From: Glaucostegus cemiculus | Taxonomy: Eukaryota | Direction: 5' to 3' | Assembly (NCBI GenBank): GCA_976551045.1 | Contig: CDPCPM010000022.1 | Coordinates: 20,894,001 to 20,958,000 of the forward strand | Length of the DNA stretch: 64,000 bases | Part shown: positions 38,601 to 53,600 of the stretch, piece after piece | Layout of the letters: each line of letters starts with the position of its first letter | Numbering within the stretch: position 1 is the first letter of the stretch | The notes under the pieces: model-generated | Database searches by the model: none | The model's input: only the letters and a program-made list of their open reading frames with translations | What the model was told of the DNA's origin: nothing | Program-made: the position numbers and the translations under genes

Positions 38601-41600
38601 CTTGGTGATGGCCGACTGTGAGTGAAGGGTCGAAACTGTGGAATCTGTTAGAGTGATTGATGTTGTTTTATGGGTGCTGCTACTTAATTTGGTGGGTTTT
38701 GCGAGTTATCACTGCACTGTATGAAGGTGCAGATTGTGGCATTACCAGTCTCAAATAAATGAATGCGAGTTTAATGAATGATAAACACTGACACATTAAA
38801 TGTCACTCAATCCAAAACCAGAGGCCTCAAGTTACTGGGCAAGTCATCTCTCTGTTCGAATCTCTGACTTATTCCAGCAACCTTTGGACCAAAGCAGATT
38901 TTCAAGAGATGTGAATGAGACTGTAATGTGTTTGATTGCTTCTCAGTCTCAGGTTATTTGTGGAATATTTGGTGTATAGGCCCAACAATTATTAAGTAAA
39001 GAATAGGTTGTTGGAATATTCTTCCAAATGTAGACAATTTTGAACTATTGTTATTATCCATTGATTAAAGCTTGGTTAATATTTTCACAGGATTCCAATG
39101 ACACAGCATTAACACAAGGAAATGAAAAATGTAATTCTTTGGGCTCAGTGCATTCCAAAGGTCCTGGAGGCGAGGATTTGGGTGAAGTGCAGGAATCAGA
39201 TAGAAATGGGAGACATCAGGTAAGGAGTGCGAATAATGGCTCATAAAATGAGGCTTGCAGTTGGTTATGCAGATGAGCAATTTTCATACATGTACTTCTT
39301 GATCTTCTCTTCCAAGGCAGTCCATTAGGGTTGAGGAGAACTTTCCTCTGCTCTAGTTCTGTAGGTTGTGAGGTGTCTCTTGTGGGACATGTAGAGCCTT
39401 GCACCGTAGAGCAAACATGATAGGCAGTGGGGTCAATATTCAAGGCGCAGCACTTCTTCCTATGTTACCAATCAGCTTCCTTCTAGTTCTGGTGAAGACA
39501 CAGAACTCTTACAACCTCTGTGGATGTTCCTTAGTACCACCATTTTTGGTGTTCATGGGGTGAGAGTACATGAGGATAATTCATTTACTCAAAACAATTT
39601 TTGAGATGATCCATGCGATGTTTTCCCTTTGCTCCAGATAATGGTGCTGTGAAGGAGCCCGGTGTCGAGGACCCATTTTAGAGTCTTGTGTAGGGCAACG
39701 GACAATTTGACAAGCTCTTTGCAGCCAGCTCACCTTCATTTGAGACTTTTGGAAAATTGTCCTGGCAGAGATGTTGATGTTGATTCCCTTATCATGATTT
39801 GGAGGATATGGCAGAGCTAACATTTGGTAGTATCTCTCCAGTGCTGTGAAGTGTCAATCCGCAGTATCCTCTCCGTTCCACTGAATGCAGATTGTTCTGC
39901 ATTGATTTGCCCCTTCTCAGTGTTCTGCAGTTGTTTCTTTATTCTTTCATTCCCCAACCACTTTTCCTGGTCCCTCTACTCCTTCAACCCTATTCCCCCC
40001 ATGAATTTGGAAGCCTGTGGCCCATAATGCAGTTGGTTCACGAACACATGATCAAAATTAGTCGTGCCTGATCATAAATGATCTACTGATTGGAATAGTG
40101 GCCAACTTTGAGCCGAGTTGACAGCTTGTTTTGGATCCTGTTGTTATAGGGATGGTTTTGCCTGATCCTTGGTGATGGCGAAGGGTGATGGCGAAGGGTC
40201 GAAACTGTGGAATCTGGGAGAGTGATTGATGTTGTTTTATGGGTGCTGCTACTTAATTTGGTGGGTTTTGCGAGTTATCACTGCACTGTACGAAGGTGCA
40301 CATTGTGGCATTACCAGTCTCAAATAAATGAATGGGAGTGTAATGAATGATAAGCCCTGGCACATTAAATGTCACTCAATCCAAAACCAGAGGCCTGAAG
40401 TTTCTGGGCAAGTCATCTCTCTGTTCGTACCTCTGACTTATTCCAGCAACTTTTGGGCCAAATCAGATTTTCAAGAGATGTGAATGAGACTGTCATGTGT
40501 TTGATTGCTTCTCAGTCTCAGGTTATTTTTGGAATATTTGGTGTATAGGCCCAACAATTATTAAGTAATGAATAGCTTGTTGGAATATTCTTCCAAATGT
40601 AGACAATTTTGAACTATTGTTATTATCTATTGAATAAAGCTTGGTTAATATTTTCACAGGATTCCAATGACACAGCAATAGCACAAGGAATTGAAGAATG
40701 TAATTCTTTGGGCTCAGTGCATTCCAAAGGTTCTGGAGGCGAGGGTTTGGGTGAACTGCAGGAAACAGAGAGAAATGGGAGACCTCAGGTAAGGAAGGCA
40801 AAAAATGGCTCATAAAATGAGGCTTGTAGTTGGTTATGCAGATGAGGAATTTTCATACATGTACATCTTGATCTTCTTTTCCTAGGCAGTCCATTAGGGT
40901 TGAGGAGAACTTTCCTCTGCTCCAGTTCTGTAGGTTGTGAGGTGTCCCTAGTGGGACATGTAGAGCCTTGCACAGTAGAGCAAACATGATTGGCAGTGGG
41001 GTCAATATTCAAGGCGCAGCATTTCTTCCTATGTTACCAATCAGCTTCCTTCTGGTTCTGGTGAAGACACAGAACTCTTACAATGTCTGTGGATATTCCT
41101 TAGTACCACCATTTTTGGTGTTCATGGGGTGAGAGTACATGAGGATAATTCATTTACTCAAAACAATTTTTGAGATGATCCATGCGATGTTTTCCCTTTG
41201 CTCCAGATAATGGTGCTGTGAAGGAGCCCGGTGTCGAGGACCCATTTTAGAGTCTTGTGTAGGGCAACGGACAATTTGACAAGCTCTTTGCAGCCAGCTC
41301 ACCTTCATTTGAGACTTTTGGAAAATTGTCCTGGCAGAGATGTTGATGTTGATTCCCTTATCATGATTTGGAGGATATGGCAGAGCTAACATTTGGTAGT
41401 ATCTCTCCAGTGCTGTGAAGTGTCAATCCGCAGTATCCTCTCCGATCGACTGAATGCAGATTGTTCTGCATTGATTTGCCCCTTCTCAGTGTTCTGCAGT
41501 TGTTTCTTTATTCTTTCATTCCCCAACCACTTTTCCTGGTCCCTCTACTCCTTCAACCCAACTCCCCCCATAAATTTGGAAGCCTGTGCCCATAATGCAG

Positions 41601-44600
41601 TTGGTTCACGAACACATGATCAAAATTAGTCGTGCCTGATCATAGATGATCTACTGATTGGAATAGTGGCCAACTTTGAGCCGAGTTGACAGCTTGTTTT
41701 GGATCCTGTTGTTATAGGGATGGTTTCGCGTGATCCTTGGTGATGGTCGACTGTGAGTGAAGGGTCGAAACTGTGGAATCTGTTAGAGTGATTGATGTTG
41801 TTTTATGGGTGCTGCTACTTAATTTGGTGGGTTTTGCGAGTTATCACTGCACTGTATGAAGGTGCAGATTGTGGCATTACCAGTCTCAAATAAATGAATG
41901 CGAGTTTAATGAATGATAAACACTGACACATTAAATGTCACTCAATCCAAAACCAGAGGCCTCAAGTTACTGGGCAAGTCATCTCTCTGTTCGTACCTCT
42001 GACTTATTCCAGCAACCTTTGGACCAAAGCAGATTTTCAAGAGATGTGAATGAGACTGTAATGTGTTTGATTGCTTCTCAGTCTCCGGTTATTTTTGGAA
42101 TATTTGGTGAATAGGCCCAACAATTATTAAGTAAAGAATAGGTTGTTGGAATATTCTTCCAAATGTAGACAATTTTGAACTATTGTTATTATCCATTGAT
42201 TAAAGCTTGGTTATTATTTTCACAGGATTCCAATGACACAGCATTAACACAAGGAAATGAAAAATGCTCAGTGCATTCCAAAGGTCCTGGAGGCGAGGAT
42301 TTGGGTGAAGTGCAGGAATCAGATAGAAATGGGAGACATCAGGTAAGGAGTGCGAATAATGGCTCATAAAATGAGGCTTGCAGTTGGTTATGCAGATGAG
42401 CAATTTTCATACATGTACTTCTTGATCTTCTTTTCCAAGGCAGTCCATTAGGGTTGAGGAGAACTTTCCTTTGCTCCAGTTCTGTAGGTTGTGAGGTGTC
42501 TCTTGTGGGACATGTAGAGCCTTGCACCGTAGAGCAAACATGATAGGCAGTGGGGTCAATATTCAAGGCGCAGCACTTCTTCCTATGTTACCAATCAGCT
42601 TCCTTCTAGTTCTGGTGAAGACACAGAACTCTTACAACCTCTGTGGATGTTCCTTAGTACCACCATTTTTGGTGTTCATGGGGTGAGAGTACATGAGGAT
42701 AATTCATTTACTCAGAACAATTTTTGAGATGATCCATGCGATGTTTTCCCTTTGCTCCAGGTAATGCTGCTGTGAAGGAGCCCGGTGTCGAGAACCCATT
42801 TTAGAGTCTTGTGCAGGGCATGCGGACAATTTGACAAGCTCTTTTCAGCCAGCTCACCTTCATTTGAGACTTTTGGGAAAATTGTCCTAGGAGAGATGTT
42901 GATGTTGGTTCCCTTATCATGATTTGGAGGATATGGCAGAGCTAACATTTGGTAGTATCTATCCAGTGCTGTGAAGTGTTTATCCTCAGTATCCTCTCCG
43001 ATCCACTCCATGCAGATAGTTCCGCATTGACTTGCCCCTTCTCAGTGTTCTGCAGTTGTTTCTTTATTCTTTCATTCCCCAACCACTTTTCCTGGTCCCT
43101 CTACTCCTTCAACCCTATTCCCCCCATGAATTTGGAAGCCTGTGGCCCATAATGCAGTTGGTTCACGAACACATGATCAAAATTAGTCGTGCCTGATCAT
43201 AGATGATCTACTGATTGGAATAGTGGCCAACTTTGAGCCGAGTTGACAGCTTGTTTTGGATCCTGTTGTTATAGGGATGGTTTCACGTGATCCTTGGTGA
43301 TGGCCGACTGTGAGTGAAGGGTCGAAACTGTGGAATCTGTTAGAGTGATTGATGTTGTTTTATGGGTGCTGCTACTTAATTTGGTGGGTTTTGCGAGTTA
43401 TCACTGCACTGTATGAAGGTGCAGATTGTGGCATTACCAGTCTCAAATAAATGAATGCGAGTTTAATGAATGATAAACACTGACACATTAAATGTCACTC
43501 AATCCAAAACCAGAGGCCTCAAGTTACTGGGCAAGTCATCTCTCTGTTCGAATCTCTGACTTATTCCAGCAACCTTTGGACCAAAGCAGATTTTCAAGAG
43601 ATGTGAATGAGACTGTAATGTGTTTGATTGCTTCTCAGTCTCAGGTTATTTGTGGAATATTTGGTGTATAGGCCCAACAATTATTAAGTAAAGAATAGGT
43701 TGTTGGAATATTCTTCCAAATGTAGACAATTTTGAACTATTGTTATTATCCATTGATTAAAGCTTGGTTAATATTTTCACAGGATTCCAATGACACAGCA
43801 TTAACACAAGGAAATGAAAAATGTAATTCTTTGGGCTCAGTGCATTCCAAAGGTCCTGGAGGCGAGGATTTGGGTGAAGTGCAGGAATCAGATAGAAATG
43901 GGAGACATCAGGTAAGGAGTGCGAATAATGGCTCATAAAATGAGGCTTGCAGTTGGTTATGCAGATGAGCAATTTTCATACATGTACTTCTTGATCTTCT
44001 CTTCCAAGGCAGTCCATTAGGGTTGAGGAGAACTTTCCTCTGCTCTAGTTCTGTAGGTTGTGAGGTGTCTCTTGTGGGACATGTAGAGCCTTGCACCGTA
44101 GAGCAAACATGATAGGCAGTGGGGTCAATATTCAAGGCGCAGCACTTCTTCCTATGTTACCAATCAGCTTCCTTCTAGTTCTGGTGAAGACACAGAACTC
44201 TTACAACCTCTGTGGATGTTCCTTAGTACCACCATTTTTGGTGTTCATGGGGTGAGAGTACATGAGGATAATTCATTTACTCAAAACAATTTTTGAGATG
44301 ATCCATGCGATGTTTTCCCTTTGCTCCAGATAATGGTGCTGTGAAGGAGCCCGGTGTCGAGGACCCATTTTAGAGTCTTGTGTAGGGCAACGGACAATTT
44401 GACAAGCTCTTTGCAGCCAGCTCACCTTCATTTGAGACTTTTGGAAAATTGTCCTGGCAGAGATGTTGATGTTGATTCCCTTATCATGATTTGGAGGATA
44501 TGGCAGAGCTAACATTTGGTAGTATCTCTCCAGTGCTGTGAAGTGTCAATCCGCAGTATCCTCTCCGTTCCACTGAATGCAGATTGTTCTGCATTGATTT

Positions 44601-47600
44601 GCCCCTTCTCAGTGTTCTGCAGTTGTTTCTTTATTCTTTCATTCCCCAACCACTTTTCCTGGTCCCTCTACTCCTTCAACCCTATTCCCCCCATGAATTT
44701 GGAAGCCTGTGGCCCATAATGCAGTTGGTTCACGAACACATGATCAAAATTAGTCGTGCCTGATCATAAATGATCTACTGATTGGAATAGTGGCCAACTT
44801 TGAGCCGAGTTGACAGCTTGTTTTGGATCCTGTTGTTATAGGGATGGTTTTGCCTGATCCTTGGTGATGGCGAAGGGTGATGGCGAAGGGTCGAAACTGT
44901 GGAATCTGGGAGAGTGATTGATGTTGTTTTATGGGTGCTGCTACTTAATTTGGTGGGTTTTGCGAGTTATCACCGCACTGTACGAAGGTGCACATTGTGG
45001 CATTACCAGTCTCAAATAAATGAATGGGAGTGTAATGAATGATAAGCCCTGGCACATTAAATGTCACTCAATCCAAAACCAGAGGCCTGAAGTTTCTGGG
45101 CAAGTCATCTCTCTGTTCGTACCTCTGACTTATTCCAGCAACTTTTGGGCCAAATCAGATTTTCAAGAGATGTGAATGAGACTGTCATGTGTTTGATTGC
45201 TTCTCAGTCTCAGGTTATTTTTGGAATATTTGGTGTATAGGCCCAACAATTATTAAGTAATGAATAGCTTGTTGGAATATTCTTCCAAATGTAGACAATT
45301 TTGAACTATTGTTATTATCTATTGAATAAAGCTTGGTTAATATTTTCACAGGATTCCAATGACACAGCAATAGCACAAGGAATTGAAGAATGTAATTCTT
45401 TGGGCTCAGTGCATTCCAAAGGTTCTGGAGGCGAGGGTTTGGGTGAACTGCAGGAAACAGAGAGAAATGGGAGACCTCAGGTAAGGAAGGCAAAAAATGG
45501 CTCATAAAATGAGGCTTGTAGTTGGTTATGCAGATGAGGAATTTTCATACATGTACATCTTGATCTTCTTTTCCTAGGCAGTCCATTAGGGTTGAGGAGA
45601 ACTTTCCTCTGCTCCAGTTCTGTAGGTTGTGAGGTGTCCCTAGTGAGACATGTAGAGCCTTGCACAGTAGAGCAAACATGATTGGCAGTGGGGTCAATAT
45701 TCAAGGCGCTGCATTTCTTCCAATGTTACCAATCAGCTTCCATCTAGTTCTGGTGAAGATACAGTACTCTTACAACCTCTATGGATGTTCCTTAGTACCA
45801 CCATTTTTGGTGTTCATGGGGTGAGAGAACATGAGGATAATTCATTTACTCAAAACAAATTTTGAGATGATCCATGAGATCGTTTCCCTTTGCTCCAGAT
45901 AGTGCTGCTGTGAAGGAGCCCGGTGTCAAGGACCCATTTTAGAGTCTTGTGTAGGGCATGCGGACAATTTGACAAGCTCTTTGCAGCCAGCTTTCCTTCA
46001 TTTGAGACTTTTGGGAAAATTGTCCAGGGAGAGATGTTGATGTTGGTTTCCTTATGATTTGGAGGATATGGCAGAGCTGACATTTGGTAGTTTCTATCCA
46101 GTGCTGTGCAGTGTCTAGCCGCAGTATCCTCTCCGATCCACTGCATGCAGATAATTCCGCATTGACTTGCCCCTTCTCAGTGTTCCACAGTCGTTTCTTT
46201 ATTCTTTCATTCCCCAACCACTTTTCCTGGTCCCTCTACTCCTTCAAACTACTTCCCCCATGAATTTGGAAGCCTGTGGCCCATCATGCAGTTGGTTCAC
46301 AAACACATGATCAAAATTAGTCGTGCCTGATCATAGATGTTCTACTGATTGGAATAGTGGCCAACTTTGAGCCGAGTTGACAGCTGGTTTTGGATCCTGT
46401 TGTTATAGGGATGGTTTCGCGTGATCCTTGGTGATGGTCGACTGTGAGTGAAGGGTCGAAACTGTGGAATCTGTTAGAGTGATTGATGTTGTTTTATGGG
46501 TGCTGCTACTTAATTTGGTGGGTTTTGCGAGTTATCACTGCACTGTATGAAGGTGCAGATTGTGGCATTACCAGTCTCAAATAAATGAATGCGAGTTTAA
46601 TGAATGATAAACACTGACACATTAAATGTCACTCAATCCAAAACCAGAGGCCTCAAGTTACTGGGCAAGTCATCTCTCTGTTCGTACCTCTGACTTATTC
46701 CAGCAACCTTTGGACCAAAGCAGATTTTCAAGAGATGTGAATGAGACTGTAATGTGTTTGATTGCTTCTCAGTCTCCGGTTATTTGTGGAATATTTGGTG
46801 AATAGGCCCAACAATTATTAAGTAAAGAATAGGTTGTTGGAATATTCTTCCAAATGTAGACAATTTTGAACCATTGTTATTATCCATTGATTAAAGCTTG
46901 GTTATTATTTTCACAGGATTCCAATGACACAGCATTAACACAAGGAAATGAAAAATGTAATTCTTTGGGCTCAGTGCATTCCAAAGGTCCTGGAGGCGAG
47001 GATTTGGGTGAAGTGCAGGAATCAGATAGAAATGGGAGACATCAGGTAAGGAGTGCGAATAATGGCTCATAAAATGAGGCTTGCAGTTGGTTATGCAGAT
47101 GAGCAATTTTCATACATGTACTTCTTGATCTTCTCTTCCAAGGCAGTCCATTAGGGTTGAGGAGAACTTTCCTCTGCTCCAGTTCTGTAGGTTGTGAGGT
47201 GTCTCTTGTGGGACATGTAGAGCCTTGCACCGTAGAGCAAACATGATAGGCAGTGGGGTCAATATTCAAGGCGCAGCATTTCTTCCTATGTTACCAATCA
47301 GCTTCCTTCTAGTTCTGGTGAAGACACAGAACTCTTACAACCTCTGTGGATGTTCCTTAGTACCACCATTTTTGGTGTTCATGGGGTGAGAGTACATGAG
47401 GATAATTCATTTACTCAGAACAATTTTTGAGATGATCCATGCGATGTTTTCCCTTTGCTCCAGGTAATGCTGCTGTGAAGGAGCCCGGTGTCGAGAACCC
47501 ATTTTAGAGTCTTGTGCAGGGCATGCGGACAATTTGACAAGCTCTTTTCAGCCAGCTCACCTTCATTTGAGACTTTTGGGAAAATTGTCCTGGGAGAGAT

Positions 47601-50600
47601 GTTGATGTTGGTTCCCTTATCATGATTTGGAGGATATGGCAGAGCTAACATTTGGTAGTATCTCTCCAGTGCTGTGAAGTGTTTATCCTCAGTATCCTCT
47701 CCGATCCACTCCATGCAGATAGTTCCGCATTGACTTGCCCCTTCTCAGTGTTCTGCAGTTGTTTCTTTATTCTTTCATTCCCCAACCACTTTTCCTGGTC
47801 CCTCTACTCCTTCAACCCTATTCCCCCCATGAATTTGGAAGCCTGTGGCCCATAATGCAGTTGGTTCACGAACACATGATCAAAATTAGTCGTGCCCGAT
47901 CATAGATGATCTACTGATTGGAATAGTGGCCAACTTTGAGCCGAGTTGACAGCTGGTTTTGGATCCTGTTGTTATAGGGATGGTTTCGCGTGATCCTTGG
48001 TGATGGTCGACTGTGAGTGAAGGGTCGAAACTGTGGAATCTGTTAGAGTGATTGATGTTGTTTTATGGGTGCTGCTACTTAATTTGGTGGGTTTTGCGAG
48101 TTATCACTGTACTGTATGAAGGTGCAGATTGTGGCATTACCAGTCTCAAATAAATGAATGCGAGTTTAATGAATGATAAACACTTACACATTAAATGTCA
48201 CTCAATCCAAAACCAGAGGCCTCAAGTTACTGGGCAAGTCATCTCTCTGTTCGTACCTCTGACTTATTCCAGCAACCTTTGGACCAAAGCAGATTTTCAA
48301 GAGATGTGAATGAGACTGTAATGTGTTTGATTGCTTCTCAGTCTCAGGTTATTTGTGGAATATTTGGTGAATAGGCCCAACAATTATTAAGTAAAGAATA
48401 GGTTGTTGGAATATTCTTCCAAATGTAGACAATTTTGAACTATTGTTATTATCCATTGATTAAAGCTTGGTTATTATTTTCACAGGATTCCAATGACACA
48501 GCATTAACACAAGGAAATGAAAAATGTAATTCTTTGTGCTCAGTGCATTCCAAAGGTCCTGGAGGCGAGGATTTGGGTGAAGTGCAGGAATCAGATAGAA
48601 ATGGGAGACATCAGGTAAGGAGTGCGAATAATGGCTCATAAAATGAGGCTTGCAGTTGGTTATGCAGATGAGCAATTTTCATACATGTACTTCTTGATCT
48701 TCTCTTCCAAGGCAGTGCATTAGGGTTGAGGAGAACTTTCCTTTGCTCCAGTTCTGTAGGTTGTGAGGTGTCTCCTGTGGGACATGTAGAGCCTTGCACC
48801 GTAGAGCAAACATGATAGGCAGTGGGGTCAATATTCAAGGCGCAGCATTTCTTCCTATGTTACCAATCAGCTTCCTTCTAGTTCTGGTGAAGACACAGAA
48901 CTCTTACAACCTCTGTGGATGTTCCTTAGTACCACCATTTTTGGTGTTCATGGGGTGAGAGTACATGAGGATAATTCATTTACTCAAAACAATTTTTGAG
49001 ATGATCCATGCGATGTTTTCCCTTTGCTCCAGATTATGGTGCTGTGAAGGAGCCCGGTGTCGAGGACCCATTTTAGAGTCTTGTGTAGGGCAACGGACAA
49101 TTTGACAAGCTCTTTGCAGCCAGCTCACCTTCATTTGAGACTTTTGGAAAATTGTCCTGGCAGAGATGTTGATGTTGATTCCCTTATCATGATTTGGAGG
49201 ATATGGCAGAGCTAACATTTGGTAGTATCTCTCCAGTGCTGTGAAGTGTCAATCCGCAGTATCCTCTCCGATCCACTGAATGCAGATAGTTCTGCATTGA
49301 TTTGCCCCTTCTCAGTGTTCTGCAGTTGTTTCTTTATTCTTTCATTCCCCAACCACTTTTCCTGGTCCCTCTACTCCTTCAACCCAACTCCCCCCATAAA
49401 TTTGGAAGCCTGTGCCCATAATGCAGTTGGTTCACGAACACATGATCAAAATTAGTCGTGCCTGATCATAGATGTTCTACTGATTGGAATAGTGGCCAAC
49501 TTTGAGCCGAGTTGACAGCTTGTTTTGGATCCTGTTGTTATAGGGATGGTTTTGCCTGATCCTTGGTGATTGCGAACGGTGATGGCGAAGGGTAGAAACT
49601 GTGGAATCTGGGAGAGTGATTGATGTTGTTTTATGGGTGCTGCTACTTAATTTGGTGGGTTTGGCGAGTAATCACTGCACTGTACGAAGGTGCACATTGT
49701 GGCATTACCAGTCTCAAATAAATGAATGGGAGTGTAATGAATGATAAGCACTGGCACATTAAATGTCACTCAATCCAAAACCAGAGGCCTGAAGTTTCTG
49801 GGCAAGTCATCTCTCTGTTCGTACCTCTGACTTATTCCAGCAACAATTGGGCCAAATCAGATTTTCTTGAGATGTGAATAAGACTGTAATGTGTTTGATT
49901 GCTTCTCAGTCTCAGGTTATTTTTGGAATATTTGGTGTATAGGCCCAACAATTATTAAGTAATGAATAGCTTGTTGGAATACTCTTACAAATGTAGACAA
50001 TTTTGAACTATTGTTATTATCTATTGAATAAAGCTTGGTTAATATTTTCACAGGATTCCAATGACACAGCAATAGCACAAGGAATTGAAGAATGTAATTC
50101 TTTGGGCTCAGTGCATTCCAAAGGTTCTGGAGGCAAGGGTTTGGGTGAACTGCAGGAAACATCGAGAAATGGGAGACCTCAGGTAAGGAGTGCGAAAAAT
50201 GGCTCATAAAATGAGGCTTACAGTTGGTTATGCAGATGAGGAATTTTCATGCATGTACATCTTGATCTTCTTTTCCTAGGCAGTCCATTAGGGTTGAGGA
50301 GAACTTTCCTCTGCTCCAGTTCTGTAGGTTGTGAGGTGTCCCTAGTGGGGCATGTAGAGCCTTGCACAGTAGAGCAAACATGATTGGCAGTGGGGTCAAT
50401 ATTCAAGGCGCAGCATTTCTTCCTATGTTACCAATCAGCTTCCTTCTAGTTCTGGTGAAGACACAGAACTCTTACAACCTCTGTGGATGTTCCTTAGTAC
50501 CACCATTTTTGGTGTTCATGGGGTGAGAGTACATGAGGATAATTCATTTACTCAAAACAATTTTTGAGATGATCCATGCGATGTTTTCCCTTTGCTCCAG

Positions 50601-53600
50601 ATAATGCTGCTGTGAAGGATCCCGGTGTCGAGGACCGATTTTAGAGTTTTGTGTAGGGCAACGGACAATTTGACAAGCTCTTTGCAGCCAGCTCACCTTC
50701 ATTTGAGACTTTTGGAAAATTGTCCTGGCAGAGATGTTGATGTTGGTTCCCTTATCATGATTTGGAGGATATGGCAGAGCTAACATTTGCTAGTATCTCT
50801 CCAGTGCTGTGAAGCGTCAATCCGCAGTATCCTCTCCGATCCACTGAATGCAGATAGTTCTGCATTGATTTTCCCCTTCTCAGTGTTCTGCAGTTGTTTC
50901 TTTATTCTTTCATTCCCCAACCACTTTTCCTGGTCCCTCTACTCCTTCAACCCAACTCCCCCCATAAATTTGGAAGCCTGTGCCCATAATGCAGTTGGTT
51001 CACGAACACATGATCAAAATTAGTCTTGCCCGATCATAGATGATCTACTGATTGGAATAGTGGCCAACTTTGAGCCGAGTTGACAGCTTGTTTTGGATCC
51101 TGTTGTTATAGGGATGGTTTTGCCTGATCCTTGGTGATGGCGAAGGGTGATGGCGAAGGGTCGAAACTCTGGATTCTGGGAGAGTGATTGATGTTGTTTT
51201 ATGGGTGCTGCTACTTAATTTGGTGGGTTTTGCGAGTAATCAGTGCACTGTACGAAGGTGCACATTGTGGCATTACCAGTCTCAAATAAATGAATGGGAG
51301 TTTAATGAATGATAAGCCCTGGCACATTAAATGTCACTCAATCCAAAACCAGAGACCTGAAGTTTCTGGGCAAGTCATCTCTCTGTTCATACCTCTGACT
51401 TATTCCAGCAACCTTTGGGCCAAAGCAGATTTTCAAGAGATGTGAATGAGACTGTAATGTGTTTGATTGCTTCTCAGTCTCAGGTTATTTTTGGAATATT
51501 TGTTGTATAGGCCCAACAATTACTAAGTAATGAATAGCTTTTTGGAATATTCTTCCAAATGTAGACAATTTTGAACTATTGTTATTATCCATTGAATAAA
51601 GCTTGGTTAATATTTTCACAGGATTCCAATGACACAGCAATAGCACAAGGAATTGAAGAATGTAATTCTTTGGGCTCAGTGCATTCCAAAGGTTCTGGAG
51701 TCAAGGGTTTGGGTGAACTGCAGGAAACAGAGAGAAATGGGAGACCTCAGGTAAGGAAGGCGAAAAATGGCTCATAAAATGATGCTTGTAGTTGGTTATG
51801 TAGATGAGGAATTTTCATACATGTACATCTTGATCTTCTTTTCCTAGGCAGTCCATTAGGGTTGAGGAGAACTTTCCTCTGCTCCAGTTCTGTAGGTTGT
51901 GAGGTGTCCCTAGTGGGACATGTAGAGCCTTGCACAGTAGAGCAAACATGATAGGCAGTGGGGTCAATATTCAAGGCGCTGCATTTCTTCCAATGTTACC
52001 AATCAGCTTCCTTCTAGTTCTGGTGAAGATACAGTACTCTTACAACCTCTATTGATGTTCCTTAGTACCACCATTTTTGGTGTTCATGGGGTGAGAGAAC
52101 ATGAGGATAATTCATTTACTCAAAACAAATTTTGAGATGATCCATGAGATCGTTTCCCTTTGCTCCAGATAGTGCAGCTGTGAAGGAGCCCGGTGTCAAG
52201 GACCCATTTTTGAGTCTTGTGTAGGGCATGCGGACAATTTGACAAGCTCTTTGCAGCCAGCTTTCCTTCATTTGGGACTTTTGGGAAAATTGTCCAGGGA
52301 GTGATGTTGATGTTGGTTTCCTTATCATGATTTGGAGGATATGGCAGAGCTGACATTTGGTAGTTTCTATCCAGTGCTGTGCAGTGTCTAGCCGCACTAT
52401 CCTCTCCGATCCACTGCATGCAGATAGTTCCGCATTGACTTGCCCCTTCTCAGTGTTCCACAGTTGTTTCTTTATTCTTTCATTCCCCAACCACTTTTCC
52501 TGGTCCCTCTACTCCTTCAACCCTACTTCCCCCATGACTTTGGAAGCCTGTGGCCCATCATGCAGTTGGTTCACAAACACATGATCAAAATTCGTCGTGC
52601 CTGATCATAGATGTTCTACTGATTGGAATAGTGGCCAACTTTGAGCCGAGTTGACAGCTGGTTTTGGATCCTGTTGTTATAGGGATGGTTTCGCGTGATC
52701 CTTGGTGATGGCCGACTGTGAGTGAAGGGTCGAAACTGTGGAATCTGTTAGAGTGATTGATGTTGTTTTATGGGTGCTGCTACTTAATTTGGTGGGTTTT
52801 GCGAGTTATCACTGCACTGTACGAAGGTGCAGATTGTGGCATTACCAGTCTCAAATAAATGAATGCGAGTTTAATGAATGATAAACACTGACACATTAAA
52901 TGTCACTCAATCCAAAACCAGAGGCCTCAAGTTACTGGGCAAGTCATCTCTCTGTTCGTACCTCTGACTTATTCCAGCAACCTTTGGACCAAAGCAGATT
53001 TTCAAGAGATGTGAATGAGACTGTAATGTGTTTGATTGCTTCTCAGTCTCAGGTTATTTGTGGAATATTTGGTGAATAGGCCCAACAATTATTAAGTAAA
53101 GAATAGGTTGTTGGAATATTCTTCCAAATGTAGACAATTTTGAACTATTGTTATTATCCATTGATTAAAGCTTGGTTAATATTTTCACAGGATTCCAATG
53201 ACACAGCATTAACACAAGGAAATGAAAAATGTAATTCTTTGGGCTCAGTGCATTCCAAAGGTCCTGGAGGCGAGGATTTGGGTGAAGTGCAGGAATCAGG
53301 TAGAAATGGGAGACATCAGGTAAGGAGTGCGAATAATGGCTCATAAAATGAGGCTTGCAGTTGGTTATGCAGATGAGCAATTTTCATACATGTACTTCTT
53401 GATCTTCTCTTCCAAGGCAGTCCATTAGGGTTGAGGAGAACTTTCCTCTGCTCCAGTTCTGTAGGTTGTGAGGTGTCTCTTGTGGGACATGTAGAGCCTT
53501 GCACCGTAGAGCAAACATGATAGGCAGTGGGGTCAATATTCAAGGCGCAGCATTTCTTCCTATGTTACCAATCAGCTTCCTTCTAGTTCTGGTGAAGACA

